Source: Phycisphaerae bacterium RAS1 (GTDB taxonomy: Bacteria; Planctomycetota; Phycisphaerae; UBA1845; Fen-1342). Taken from it: a stretch of DNA of 64,000 nucleotides. The notes beneath the pieces were generated by a model, which saw only the letters and a program-made list of their open reading frames with translations, searched no databases and was not told the DNA's origin. The position numbers were made by a program, and so were the translations under genes. The DNA lies in NCBI GenBank assembly GCA_007859745.1, contig SMLU01000002.1, forward strand, positions 52,942-116,941, in the 5' to 3' direction. Within the stretch, counting starts at the first letter, position 1. Every line of letters begins with the position of its first letter. Shown one piece after another: positions 27,346-36,753 of the stretch.

Positions 27346-28095
27346 CTATGCCTGCTGCAATCCCAGGTCGCCCTCGATGCGTTCGATCCGGCGGCGCAAG
27401 GCCGCGATGGCCTGGTGCATCTCAGCCATCTCCGCCTGCAGGTTTTCCATTTCGGCGCTCAGGCTCGACCGCTCAGCGGGTCCGTCGGCCGGGTGCGGCG
27501 CGGGCGCATGCGGCGTCGGGGCGACAACACTCGATGTCGCTGCCGCAGGCGCGCTGTGCGATGCCGCCGGCGGGGCAGAAATCGCCGGCTGCTCGCCCTC
27601 CGGGTACAGCAGGTGCGTGTAGCGCGTGGCCGATTGGCCGGGCTGCCGCGGCAGCGGCGCGACCAGCGGCGGATCGGTGCGCGCGAGGCCGTCGAGAATC
27701 CCGTTGATCAACTCCGGCCCGTCAATCGCAATCATGCGCTCGCAGCGGGTGCGCAGCTCGGCCGGCGTCTGCGGCCCGCGCAGCAGCAGCTCGCACAGCA
27801 CGGCCCGTTGCGGCTTCTCCCAGCCGAGGCGCTCCTTCAATTCATGTTTGTAGCGATCGACGCGGCTGCCCATTCCCGGCAGCAGGCGCGAGACGAGTCC
27901 GCCGGCCCGCAACACTTCGAGCGTGTTCCAGACGGATTCCTCGTCCAGCTCCATGAGCGGGTCGCGGTTGTTCTTCTGGTTGCAGGCCACGACGATCGCG
28001 TTCAGCGTCATCGGATAGTACTGCGGCTGGGCGAGGGCCTTTTCGACCAGCACGCCCAGCACGCGGCGTTCGGTGGGATTGAACGTGAGAGCCAT
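27346..28095 (-). CDS. DUF480 (YceH-like) family protein
   Basis: N-terminal LTFNPTERRVLGVLVEKALAQPQYYPMTLNAIV and C-terminal coiled coil. Confidence 0.7.
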   Translation of the reverse strand: MALTFNPTERRVLGVLVEKALAQPQYYPMTLNAIVVACNQKNNRDPLMELDEESVWNTLEVLRAGGLVSRLLPGMGSRVDRYKHELKERLGWEKPQRAVLCELLLRGPQTPAELRTRCERMIAIDGPELINGILDGLARTDPPLVAPLPRQPGQSATRYTHLLYPEGEQPAISAPPAASHSAPAAATSSVVAPTPHAPAPHPADGPAERSSLSAEMENLQAEMAEMHQAIAALRRRIERIEGDLGLQQA

Positions 28096-28140
28096 CGAGC
28101 GGAGATGATACCGCGTTCGGCACGCCGTGCATCAGGATAG

Positions 28141-28266
28141 GAACCGCTGGCTTACGCGCGCGGCTCGGATCACGCGGCTCGGATCTCGCGGGTGGGGCCA
28201 ACATCCGAGCCGCGGCCGTGAGGGAGCGGTCCGGGAGAAGACCGCTTGCTTACGCGCGCGGCTCGG
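28141..28266. repeat. Family-D palindromic repeat
   Basis: Overlaps the 3' end of larA; it supplies the last codons ...RKSEPRA. Confidence 0.75.
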
Positions 28267-29566
28267 ACTTGCGTGCGGCGACGCAGACGTTTCCCGCGTC
28301 ATGGACGCGGACCGCGGACGCGCGCGGCGAATCGCCCGCCGCGGCCAGCGCGGCCTCGATGTCTGGACATAACGTCATTCCGCACAGTGCGGCGGCGTCC
28401 TGCGGAACATGGCGGCTGACGAGAAAAACCCGCACGCCGCGGCCATGCGCGTCGGTCAGATGCCGCAGTTTCACCGCCTTATGATCGCCGAGCCGATAAC
28501 CGTTGGCCGCGACGGTTTGACGTGCGGCGGCGTAGGTGGACGCGGATCGCAGCAGCGCCAGGAAACCGTCGGGCCCGACGCCTTCGCGGCACTCGGCGTC
28601 GAGAATAATGGCGCCGCCATCTCGAACGGCGAGATGGTTGTTTTTCAGCGCCTTGTCGGCCTGATACAGGTTTCGGCTCAGCGGCGGCGCGACGCACAAG
28701 TGCAGGATATCCGCCGGATTCGGAATCTCGTGCGAGAACGTGCGCCGCGCGACGGGCGCGAGCCGATGGAGCGCTTCAAGCGGATCCCCGACGGCACAGG
28801 CGACAAGTGCATCTTGAGCGATGACCTCGTTGATCGCGACCAGCGATTTGCCGGCCGACCGAAGGCTTTCGACGACATGTCGAACGCCGTCATAAACCGG
28901 GTTGCCGTCGAGCCGGAAGAGATCGGAGGCCGGATCGAGCGCGCCGGCGTGGTTCTTCTCGATATCGGCGCGGGCCATGACGCCGATGGTGGCGGTCTTG
29001 TGTGCCCCGGTCAGCCCGGCGAAGTAATGCGGCTCGACGCTGCCGATTGCCAGCAGGCAGCGCGCCTCCGCGACCAGCGGGTGCAGCCGGACGCCGCCAA
29101 ACTCGCGCAGATCGACGGCGTCGCAGTCGTGCCAGTCGATTTGTGCGATCGGCAAGCCGCAGTCGGCGAAGGTGGCGTGCTCGAACGCGGCCCGCTCGGG
29201 CGCGGGGAACTTGTGCGTACCGGTTGCGACAATCGCACGGCAGGGGGGCAGCGCTTGCGCCGCACGTCGGGCGGCTTCGGACAGCGCGAGTAGCGCGGCG
29301 CGGGTCAGCGTGGCGCGGTGAGGATCGTTGACCAGCAGGACCAGCGCGTGTGCGGTGTGTGCGGCGGTCTCAAGAAGCTCCCGCAGTCCGGCGTGGTGCG
29401 AGATTTCGGCGCCCAGCACGTCCGCCGCCAGTCCGGCGTTGCGCGGCGTGATCGGCCCGAATTCCTGCCAGGCGGCCATTGCCGATTCTCCGCGCATCAG
29501 AGCATGTGTTCGCGCGAATCCGGCGATATTGAAGTGCTGTTGGCGGAGATTGTCGAGGCGCGGCAT
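28250..29566 (-). CDS. LarA-like protein (DUF2088 / nickel-pincer lactate racemase family)
   Basis: About 438 aa; resembles LarA-type nickel-pincer racemases (DUF2088) and has conserved His residues, but the assignment is low-confidence. No larB, larC or larE nearby. Confidence 0.55.
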   Translation of the reverse strand: MPRLDNLRQQHFNIAGFARTHALMRGESAMAAWQEFGPITPRNAGLAADVLGAEISHHAGLRELLETAAHTAHALVLLVNDPHRATLTRAALLALSEAARRAAQALPPCRAIVATGTHKFPAPERAAFEHATFADCGLPIAQIDWHDCDAVDLREFGGVRLHPLVAEARCLLAIGSVEPHYFAGLTGAHKTATIGVMARADIEKNHAGALDPASDLFRLDGNPVYDGVRHVVESLRSAGKSLVAINEVIAQDALVACAVGDPLEALHRLAPVARRTFSHEIPNPADILHLCVAPPLSRNLYQADKALKNNHLAVRDGGAIILDAECREGVGPDGFLALLRSASTYAAARQTVAANGYRLGDHKAVKLRHLTDAHGRGVRVFLVSRHVPQDAAALCGMTLCPDIEAALAAAGDSPRASAVRVHDAGNVCVAARKSEPRA

Positions 29567-29616
29567 GCGATGCCGGGCCGCGGCGCCCTCCCGCCAGCGC
29601 CGCGGCTACGGTTGCG

Positions 29617-29690
29617 TCGGCCCTCCATGGCCGACGACGGATTTCACGGGGCGCTCGTACCCAACGTCGGCCACAGAGGGCCGGCGCCAG
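29617..29690. repeat. Family-F palindrome (GGCCCTC..GGCCGACG ... CGTCGGCCACAGAGGGCC)
   Basis: Related copies at 37470-37560 and 40285-40350. Confidence 0.65.
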
Positions 29691-29697
29691 GGGCTCT

Positions 29698-30375
29698 TCA
29701 GTGCGACGCGAGCCGGCGGCGCGACACGTAGCCGCACGCCGCCGCCGACGCGAAGAGCGCCAGCGTTCCCGGCTCGGGCACCGAAGCGAACTCGGCGCCG
29801 GCCAGGACGATCGAGTAGGCCCCGACGCCGCCGTTCATGTCGCCGTTGCCGTCCCAGCCGCTGATTGGCGACGCGCCGCCGGCCCCGACCGGGCCGACGA
29901 CGCCGGTGTAGACGGTGTCATCATTGAACATGGCCGCGCCGCCGCTGTTCGGATCCCGGTCCCAGCCGGAGACCGCCAGGAAGTAGACGCCCGGCGCCGC
30001 CGGTTTGTAGGTTCCGGCGCTGTTCAGCGCGGAATGGGGCGTGTACGGGCTGTGCGAGATATCGTCATTCGCCGACACGCCGAGTCCGGAGGAGTCGAAC
30101 AGGAAGAGCTGTGTGTCGAAGACGGCCGTCCCGGCATCGTCCGTCGTGGCGGAAAACGCGTTGATATCGACAATCGTGATGGCGTACATGTCGGCGTCGT
30201 CAAACCCGCTGAGGGCGCCGGTGATCAGCGTCAAGGCGCCGACGCCCGTCGTCACCTGCGCGCTGCCCGGGAGGTCGCCCGTGTCGCCGACTTCGGTGAC
30301 CGTGTCGGCGCTCGCCGTGCAGGCGAACCCGAACAGGGCCGCCAGCGCCGCATTGCTGCATTTGTTTCGAGACAT
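29698..30375 (-). CDS. PEP-CTERM sorting-domain secreted protein
   Basis: Signal peptide. C-terminal VPEPGTLALFASAAACGYVSRRR is PEP, a TM helix and an Arg cluster. Confidence 0.8.
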   Translation of the reverse strand: MSRNKCSNAALAALFGFACTASADTVTEVGDTGDLPGSAQVTTGVGALTLITGALSGFDDADMYAITIVDINAFSATTDDAGTAVFDTQLFLFDSSGLGVSANDDISHSPYTPHSALNSAGTYKPAAPGVYFLAVSGWDRDPNSGGAAMFNDDTVYTGVVGPVGAGGASPISGWDGNGDMNGGVGAYSIVLAGAEFASVPEPGTLALFASAAACGYVSRRRLASH

Positions 30376-30929
30376 TCTTTCATCTCCTATGCACTTCCGG
30401 ACCGGCCACGTTTCAGCGTCCCGCCGGTCGGCGGCAGTACGAGAAGAGCATTCAAAATGAATGCGCTCCAGTCAAACCCGAGTGGCGCGGGTTCGGCCGG
30501 TTCCCATAAGAGGCGTGACCTGGAAAACTGGCTATCCGGGTAAACTGTGCTATACTATTGGGAATGCTGCAAACGCCGAATGTCGAGCCGCCACCAGCGG
30601 CTCGGCAACGGGGAACCCAACGCGGCGCACGGCTTCACGGCGTGTGTCGCAGGGGCTAATCCGGCCGAAGCCGGACGCTTACTCAGCGAAGCGAGCCCGT
30701 CAGCTAACCCCGCAGGCAAACGCTGGAGTCTCGCTTTGCGCGTTTTCATCAAACGACGATAGCCGCCTGCGCCTCGCGAGCCGGGCTTCCGTTGCATCTT
30801 CGCGCGAGCGCCGCGCCGACTTTTTCATTGGTCGGCCGACGTCGCACGAAATGGCGTAGAAGTTTCGGTGATCGAGGTCTGCGGCCGCATTCGGCGTTTG
30901 CTGGGATCGAGGCATGCGGGAGAAGAGCC

Positions 30930-33071
30930 ATGTTACTCGCAATGGTCAGTGCAACGATGGTGGTGGTCGGCGTGCTTGCCGCGCTGACGGTGTTGGCGAT
31001 GCTCACCGGCCTGGCCGGCATTCGCTACATTCCCAACAAGCGCGTCGGAATCGTCGAGAAACTCTGGAGCCGGACCGGCTCGCTGGAGAGCGGGCTGATC
31101 GCGCTTCACGGCGAGGCTGGATTCCAGCCGGAGGTGCTGCGCGGCGGTCTGCATTTCCTGACGCCGTTCCAGTTTCGCGTGCACGTCGTCCCGCTGGTGA
31201 CGATCGGGCAGGGACACATCGGGTACGTCTTCGCGCGTGACGGCGCGCCGCTGCCGGCGTCGCAATCGCTGGCCGGCAACCAGAAGGCGCAGAATTTCGA
31301 AGACGTGCGCGCGTTTCTCGGCGCCGGCGGCCAGCGCGGCCCGCAGCGCAAGCTGCTGCGCGAGGGCACGTACGCGATCAACCTGGCGCAGTTCGCGGTC
31401 ATCACGGACGACCAGAATTACTTCCTTCCGCTGGAGCGCGACGACAAGGCGGTGTTCGAGAACATGGCGGAGGAAATCGCGCGGCGCGAGGGATTCAAGC
31501 CCATCGTCATCAAGGGCAACGACGACCTGCTCGGCATCATCACCGTGCATGACGGCCCGTCGCTGCCGCCGGGAGAGATCATCGCGCCGGTGGTCGGACA
31601 CGACCCGGAGCAGCCGGACACGTTCCACAATAACTTCCAGGAAGCCGAGCGGTTCCTGGCCGCCGGCGGCTGCCGCGGGCGGCAGCTCCAGGTGCTGGTG
31701 GACGGCACGTTCTACCTGAACCGGCTGTTCGCCACGGTCGAGATGGTCGCCAAGACGATCATTGAAGTCGGCAGCGTCGGCGTGGTCGTGTCCTACACCG
31801 GCGAGCACGGCGCCGACCTGTCCGGCGTCGAATACAAGCACGGCGAGCTGGTCCGTCCCAGCCAGCGCGGCGTCTGGAGCGAGCCGTTGCTGCCGGGCAA
31901 GTACGCCTTCAATACGTACGCGGGCAAGATCATCGCCGTTCCGACGACGAACTTCATATTGAAGTGGATCCGCAGCGAGAGCGGGATGCACAAGTATGAC
32001 GAGAACCTGAAAGAGGTCTCGCTCATCACGAAAGACGCGTTCGAGCCGTCGCTGCCGCTGAGCGTGGTCGTGCACATTGACTACCGCAAGGCGCCGCTCG
32101 TGATCCAGCGTTTCGGCGACGTGAAGCGGCTGGTGGAGCAGACGCTGGACCCGATGGTGTCCGCCTATTTCAAAAACATCGGACAGACGCGCACGCTGAT
32201 CCAGCTCCTGCAGGATCGCGCCATGATTCAGAAGCTGGCCGGCGAGGAGATGCAGGAAAAATTCGCGCACTACAACCTCGAGCTGGAGGAAGTGCTGATC
32301 GGCACGCCTACGGCGTCCGCCGGCGATGAGCGGATCGAGAATATCCTGACGCAGCTCCGCGCCCGGCAGATCGCCGAGGAACAGGTCGAGACCTACGCCC
32401 GCCAGGAGAAGGCCGCCGTCAAGGAGCGCGAGCTGCGCGAGGCCGAATCGCGCGCCCGCCAGCAGGCGCACCTGACCGAGAGCGAGCTGGCGATCCGCGT
32501 GCAGGAGAACCAGGGCAAGGCCGAGTATCAGCGCGCCCTGCAGCAGGCGGCGCAGATGCGGGCCATCGCCGAAGCCGAGGCCGCCCGCACGCGGGCGCTG
32601 GCCGACGCCGAGGCGGCGCGGATCCGCGTCACCGGCCAAGCCGAGGCGGACAAGGCCGCCCGCATCGGAATCGCACAAGCCATCGCGACCGAGGAGCAGG
32701 TCCGCGCTTACGGCGGACCGCAGTACCAACTCACGCGGCAGGTGATGGAGCGCTTCGCCGAGGCCGTGCAGCAGTCCGGCGTCGACCTGGTGCCGAAGAT
32801 CGTGATCGGTGGTTCGCCTGCTCCGGCCGGCGACGGCGGGTTGCAGTCTTCGGTAACCGGCGCGAACGTGATGGAAGCGCTGCTCACGATGCTGTTGTCG
32901 GACCGGCTCAGCAACGGGTTGCTTAAGAGCGAGCATGTTGCCCATGCCGGCAACGGCGGCGCTGCTGAGCAGCCGGCGGCGCGCGAGGTTCGCGCCGGAG
33001 CGGACCGGCTGCGCAGCGAGGTCCGCCGCGGGCTGAGCGAAGATCAGCTTGTTCCGGTGAAGACTGCGTAA
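30930..33071 (+). CDS. SPFH/Band-7 (flotillin-like) domain membrane protein with a long coiled-coil region
   Basis: N-terminal TM. SPFH core. Extended EA-rich repeats (flotillin-type). 713 aa. Confidence 0.7.
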   Translation: MLLAMVSATMVVVGVLAALTVLAMLTGLAGIRYIPNKRVGIVEKLWSRTGSLESGLIALHGEAGFQPEVLRGGLHFLTPFQFRVHVVPLVTIGQGHIGYVFARDGAPLPASQSLAGNQKAQNFEDVRAFLGAGGQRGPQRKLLREGTYAINLAQFAVITDDQNYFLPLERDDKAVFENMAEEIARREGFKPIVIKGNDDLLGIITVHDGPSLPPGEIIAPVVGHDPEQPDTFHNNFQEAERFLAAGGCRGRQLQVLVDGTFYLNRLFATVEMVAKTIIEVGSVGVVVSYTGEHGADLSGVEYKHGELVRPSQRGVWSEPLLPGKYAFNTYAGKIIAVPTTNFILKWIRSESGMHKYDENLKEVSLITKDAFEPSLPLSVVVHIDYRKAPLVIQRFGDVKRLVEQTLDPMVSAYFKNIGQTRTLIQLLQDRAMIQKLAGEEMQEKFAHYNLELEEVLIGTPTASAGDERIENILTQLRARQIAEEQVETYARQEKAAVKERELREAESRARQQAHLTESELAIRVQENQGKAEYQRALQQAAQMRAIAEAEAARTRALADAEAARIRVTGQAEADKAARIGIAQAIATEEQVRAYGGPQYQLTRQVMERFAEAVQQSGVDLVPKIVIGGSPAPAGDGGLQSSVTGANVMEALLTMLLSDRLSNGLLKSEHVAHAGNGGAAEQPAAREVRAGADRLRSEVRRGLSEDQLVPVKTA

Positions 33072-33159
33072 GTGCGGATGTTCGGCGACTCCAGCGCTGC
33101 GACGCCCGGCCCGTCGGTGATGCGCGGGCCGGGCGCTGGAGTCCGCCGGAGAGAGCGGA

Positions 33160-33215
33160 GGAGTGAGTGCCAAGTAGCAAGTAGCGAGTAGCGAGTAGCC
33201 AGTAGCGAGTTGAAG
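33160..33215. repeat. Tandem hexamer repeat (AGTAGCG)n-like, about 8 units
   Basis: agtgagtgccaagtagcaagtagcgagtagcgagtagccagtagcgagttg. Confidence 0.7.
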
Positions 33216-33289
33216 ATGCGCGGCGAACGCCAATGGCGAAAGGCCAAAGTCGGTGGCTAATACTCCGACGCTATGTGCGTCAGCCCTGG

Positions 33290-33500
33290 AAGGGCGAAAG
33301 AATACAGCCCCGGGCGAAAGCGCGGGGACGTCATTGAAGCAAGACCGCGCAGCCCCGGAGGGGCGAAAGAGAGGGGCAGCGTGTGCGGCACCGTGCCGCA
33401 TCGCAAGCAGAGCTTTCGCCCCTCCGGGGCTTGTGGTCTCTTGCGCGGAGCACCCCGGGCTGACGCCCGGGGCTTTATTCTGCCGCCCCTACGGGGCTGA
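33290..33500. repeat. Family-E nested palindromes rich in the motif GGGCGAAAG
   Basis: CCGGAGGGGCGAAAGAGAGGGGCAGCGTGTGCGGCACCGTGCCGCATCGCAAGCAGAGCTTTCGCCCCTCCGG is a perfect 15-bp inverted repeat enclosing an inner hairpin. Confidence 0.6.
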
Positions 33501-33616
33501 ATGCCCAATGCGGCGAACCATCGGCGTACCGAAGTAGCGTTGTAGTGCCAGAGGAGCCTCGTTGAATACGAGCTTCCGGATTCGGATTTCTGACTTCTGA
33601 CCTCTGATTCCTCCCC

Positions 33617-34021
33617 ATGTTCCGTCAATGCCCTCGATGTCGAGCCGCCGCTGATACAGACGCCCGGTATTGCGGGCGCTGCGGGAGTGCTTTGGCGGTC
33701 GCGGCGGCGGCACAGAATGACCCTCTGGTCTGCTCAGCCACGCGCCTGACGCCGTTGATGCAGCAGTGGCGGAAGCTGTCGCACGCCATGACGAGAAAGG
33801 AAGTTCGCAAGCTGCTGGGCGAGCCGCTGCGAATCGACGCCCCGCCGCCGGGCGCGAATCCGGAAGCGCCGGCTTCGGGCCAGGTTGAGACGTGGATGTA
33901 TGAGTATGCTTCGGTCGCGGACGGGACGATTCACAAGTCGGTCGGGGGAAGTGTGTTCATTTCGGTTGCTGAATCGCGCGTGGCGGGCTGGACCGAACCG
34001 GATTTCTCGCTGCTTCGATAG
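33617..34021 (+). CDS. Zinc-ribbon hypothetical protein (CPRC...CGRC)
   Basis: N-terminal CxxC...CxxC. ORF of 134 aa. Confidence 0.5.
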   Translation: MFRQCPRCRAAADTDARYCGRCGSALAVAAAAQNDPLVCSATRLTPLMQQWRKLSHAMTRKEVRKLLGEPLRIDAPPPGANPEAPASGQVETWMYEYASVADGTIHKSVGGSVFISVAESRVAGWTEPDFSLLR

Positions 34022-34024
34022 CCG

Positions 34025-35299
34025 CTATGCGCCGCCGCGCCGCGCGGCCGAATCCGCCACGAGTTTCTCAACCGCTTCACTCGCTACGCGGGCGCCGTCC
34101 TCGTTGCGCAGCAGGCCCGCCAACCGATCGGCGTGGCGCCTGAACGCTGGGTCAGATGCAACCGGCGCCAGCGCGGCCGCAAGCTTGCGCGCGTTCAGCC
34201 CTACGCGCGGCGTGTTCAGGCCCACGCCCAGCCGGCGGACGTGCAGCGCGTTGTGAAACTGGTCGTGTGCGTGGGGTACGACCACCTGCGGGCAGCCGGC
34301 GCGCAGCGATTGCGCCGTCGATCCGATGCCGCCGTGCTGCACCACCGCCGCGGCGCGCGGCAGGAGCAGCGAGAAGGGGGCGTAGTGCACCGGCAGGATG
34401 TCTGCCGGCAGATCGGGCGGCGCATTCGCATCCTTTCCGACGAGCAGAACGCCGCGGCGGCCGAGTCGCTGACACGTCTCTGCTGCGATGTGGTAGTAAT
34501 CACCTGGGTGATACACCGCCGCCGTACCCAGTGAGAAGACGATCGGTGGCTGCCCGCGCGAGAGAAATCGCTCCAGTTCGGGCGGGAGCATCGGCTCGCG
34601 GTCGCTGCGGTCGTACCAGGTGAAGCCGCACACCAGCGAACGCGGCGGATCGGCGGTGGTCGGTGCGCGGTAGTGCGGCGACCACAAGCCCAGCAGCGCG
34701 TCTCCACCGTGCATGTCCGCCCAGAACGCGTTGCGCTCCGCGGCGACGCCGCATTGCCTTCGGATGCGATTGACGCGCCTGCCGACGATCCAGCTCGCGA
34801 GCGGCTTCACGCAGGGCAGCATGGCGCGGGCGATGGCCGCGGCCGCCCGGCCGTGACGTCGTTGAAAAACGGGCACGGGATCGCGCGGGGAGAACCAGAG
34901 CAGCGGCGCGAGCGTGCAGAGCGCCAGGGGAATGTGCAACTCGTTGCACACCCAGCGAACGCCGATGCAGATGTGGTGGGCGACGACCACGTCGGGCCGG
35001 TCGTTCCGCCACGCATCCCGAAGCGTCCGCAGACCGGCGGGCACGGAGCCGAGAATCAGGTCGAGCACACGCCCGCCGCCGCGGCGATGGTGCATCAGGT
35101 CAGGATCGTTGAGGATGGCCGGCACATCGACGTGCTCGCCGATCGGCGAATGCTCAAGCCCCGCGGCGAGGACATCATCACGGAAGTGCGGATGCACGCA
35201 GAGTACGACGCGATGGCCGCGGCGCTGCATGGTCTGGCCGAGGGCGAGAAAGGGATGCACGTCGCCGTGTGAGCCGCCGGTGGAAATCCAAACGAACAT
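34025..35299 (-). CDS. Family-1 glycosyltransferase (GT-B; MGT/UDP-glucuronosyltransferase-like)
   Basis: C-terminal HGGIGS...VVPHAHDQFHNA resembles the UDPGT signature. N-terminal STGGSHGDVHP. Confidence 0.75.
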   Translation of the reverse strand: MFVWISTGGSHGDVHPFLALGQTMQRRGHRVVLCVHPHFRDDVLAAGLEHSPIGEHVDVPAILNDPDLMHHRRGGGRVLDLILGSVPAGLRTLRDAWRNDRPDVVVAHHICIGVRWVCNELHIPLALCTLAPLLWFSPRDPVPVFQRRHGRAAAAIARAMLPCVKPLASWIVGRRVNRIRRQCGVAAERNAFWADMHGGDALLGLWSPHYRAPTTADPPRSLVCGFTWYDRSDREPMLPPELERFLSRGQPPIVFSLGTAAVYHPGDYYHIAAETCQRLGRRGVLLVGKDANAPPDLPADILPVHYAPFSLLLPRAAAVVQHGGIGSTAQSLRAGCPQVVVPHAHDQFHNALHVRRLGVGLNTPRVGLNARKLAAALAPVASDPAFRRHADRLAGLLRNEDGARVASEAVEKLVADSAARRGGA

Positions 35300-35397
35300 G
35301 GGGCTTCATCATGGGGGCCACGATGCACACGGACAAGCGGAGCGCCGCTTGTCGTGGGTGTCGCCGAAGTTCTCGCCAGACGCCGCCGGCGGGGCCG

Positions 35398-35503
35398 TTT
35401 TTCCGAACCCGCCGCGCCAAGCGGCGGGTTGACGATGGTGGGCGAGCGGCGCGTCACAGCCCGGGGACGTCACCCCGCCGCTCGGCGCGGCGGGTTCGGA
35501 CAG
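35398..35503. repeat. Family-A palindromic repeat
   Basis: Full copy, intergenic. Confidence 0.85.
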
Positions 35504-35564
35504 AGAAAAGGTTGCCCGGCCTTGCCGAGCTTGCTGGTCCACCCCCCCTGGATCAGCCGCACGG

Positions 35565-36029
35565 CTATCGTCTGCGCAGGGCGCGGATCATCTCGCGTTT
35601 GGCGTCGCGTTCCTTGATTGACTGGCGTTTGTCCCCATGTGTCTTGCCGCGGGCGAGGGCCAAAAGCACCTTCGCCAGCCCGCGTTCGTTGAAATAAATC
35701 GAAAGCGGTATCAGCGTCAGCCCGCGAGTGGTGACCTTCGCCTCCCACTTGCGGATTTCGCGGCGGTGCATCAGCAGCCGCCTGGGCCGGGTCGGCTTGT
35801 GCTGAACATAACCTGCCATGGGATAAGGAGATATGTTGCAGTCGCGGAGCGACATCTGGCCGTTTTCGATGAAGGCGTAGGCCTCGTCCAGGGAGGCTTT
35901 ACCGGCCCGCAGGCTCTTCACCTCGCTGCCCATCAGCTCGATTCCGGCCTCGATCTCTTCCAGCAGCTCGAAGTTGAACGTAGCCTTCTTATTGTTGATC
36001 TTCGGGGTGGGTGGTGGACCTTTGGCCAT
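35565..36029 (-). CDS. smpB: SsrA-binding protein
   Basis: KTIAQNKKARHDY-like KINNKKATFNFELLE, and C-terminal DKRQSIKERDAKREM. Start MAKGPPP at 36029. Confidence 0.85.
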   Translation of the reverse strand: MAKGPPPTPKINNKKATFNFELLEEIEAGIELMGSEVKSLRAGKASLDEAYAFIENGQMSLRDCNISPYPMAGYVQHKPTRPRRLLMHRREIRKWEAKVTTRGLTLIPLSIYFNERGLAKVLLALARGKTHGDKRQSIKERDAKREMIRALRRR

Positions 36030-36145
36030 AGGATCGATAGATTCTAAGTGTGTCGAAATAGCGTCGCAACCGTAACTGCGGCGGCGTGTAGAAAGTTGTG
36101 AGAGGCGGCCGTGTGCCGCCGACGCCGACCGCGATCGAGCAGCGT

Positions 36146-36742
36146 ATGGCACGATCGGATGAAGCGCGGCTGATATCCCGCGCCAAGCGCGGTCACGCCG
36201 ATGCGTTTCGCGACCTGGTTGATCTCTACAAGGATCGCCTGTTCGCGTTCGTGTGGCGGACGGTGCGCAACCACCACGAAGCTGAGGACATCTGTCAATC
36301 GGCCTTCGTGAAGGCGTACGAGTCGCTGGCGGCGTACAACGAGACCTACGCTTTCAGCACGTGGCTGTTCACGATCGCCTACCGGCTGAGCCTGAACATG
36401 CTGCGCAAGCGGCGTGCGGTCAGCAGCGACATCGACCTGACCGAAGTCGGCGGCGAAGGCGATGAGACGGCCATTTGCCTGGCGAACAGCGAGGAAGCCA
36501 ACCGGCTGCGTGAGCGCATCTGGGCGGCGGTGGAGCAGCTTTCGACGGCGCAGCGGGCCGCTGTGCTGCTGTTTTATCGAGAGGGCAAGGGTTGCCCGGA
36601 AATTGGCGAAATCCTTGGCATGCCGGCGGTGACGGTGAAGAGTCACTTGCACCGCGCCCGCGAAAAACTGCGGAGCCTGCTGGACGGCGAGCTGGCGGAC
36701 GACTGGATGTCGGTCCGATTTACCGACTCGCGCGCGGGCTAG
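36146..36742 (+). CDS. ECF RNA polymerase sigma factor
   Basis: Region 2 FRDLVDLYKDRLFAFVW. Region 4 HTH GKGCPEIGEILGMPAVTVKSHLHRAREKL. Confidence 0.85.
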   Translation: MARSDEARLISRAKRGHADAFRDLVDLYKDRLFAFVWRTVRNHHEAEDICQSAFVKAYESLAAYNETYAFSTWLFTIAYRLSLNMLRKRRAVSSDIDLTEVGGEGDETAICLANSEEANRLRERIWAAVEQLSTAQRAAVLLFYREGKGCPEIGEILGMPAVTVKSHLHRAREKLRSLLDGELADDWMSVRFTDSRAG

Positions 36743-36753
36743 GACGACCGGGA

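Noticed and set aside
30547-30762. Possible tmRNA in the leader upstream of the SPFH gene (GCAAACG... tag-like string)
   Set aside because: No tRNA-like acceptor or T-arm, and no tag reading frame ending in a hydrophobic residue plus stop; judged not tmRNA.
30933-33401. Minus-strand ORF of 822 aa
   Set aside because: Antisense to the SPFH/flotillin-like gene, which has a clear TM plus SPFH plus coiled-coil architecture.
35309-35617. Short ORFs containing SEPAAPSGG / PAAWRGGFG peptides (also at 19057-19242, 24434-24625, 48222-48554, 62425-62952)
   Set aside because: Translations of family-A repeats; the same peptide recurs at every copy in both orientations.
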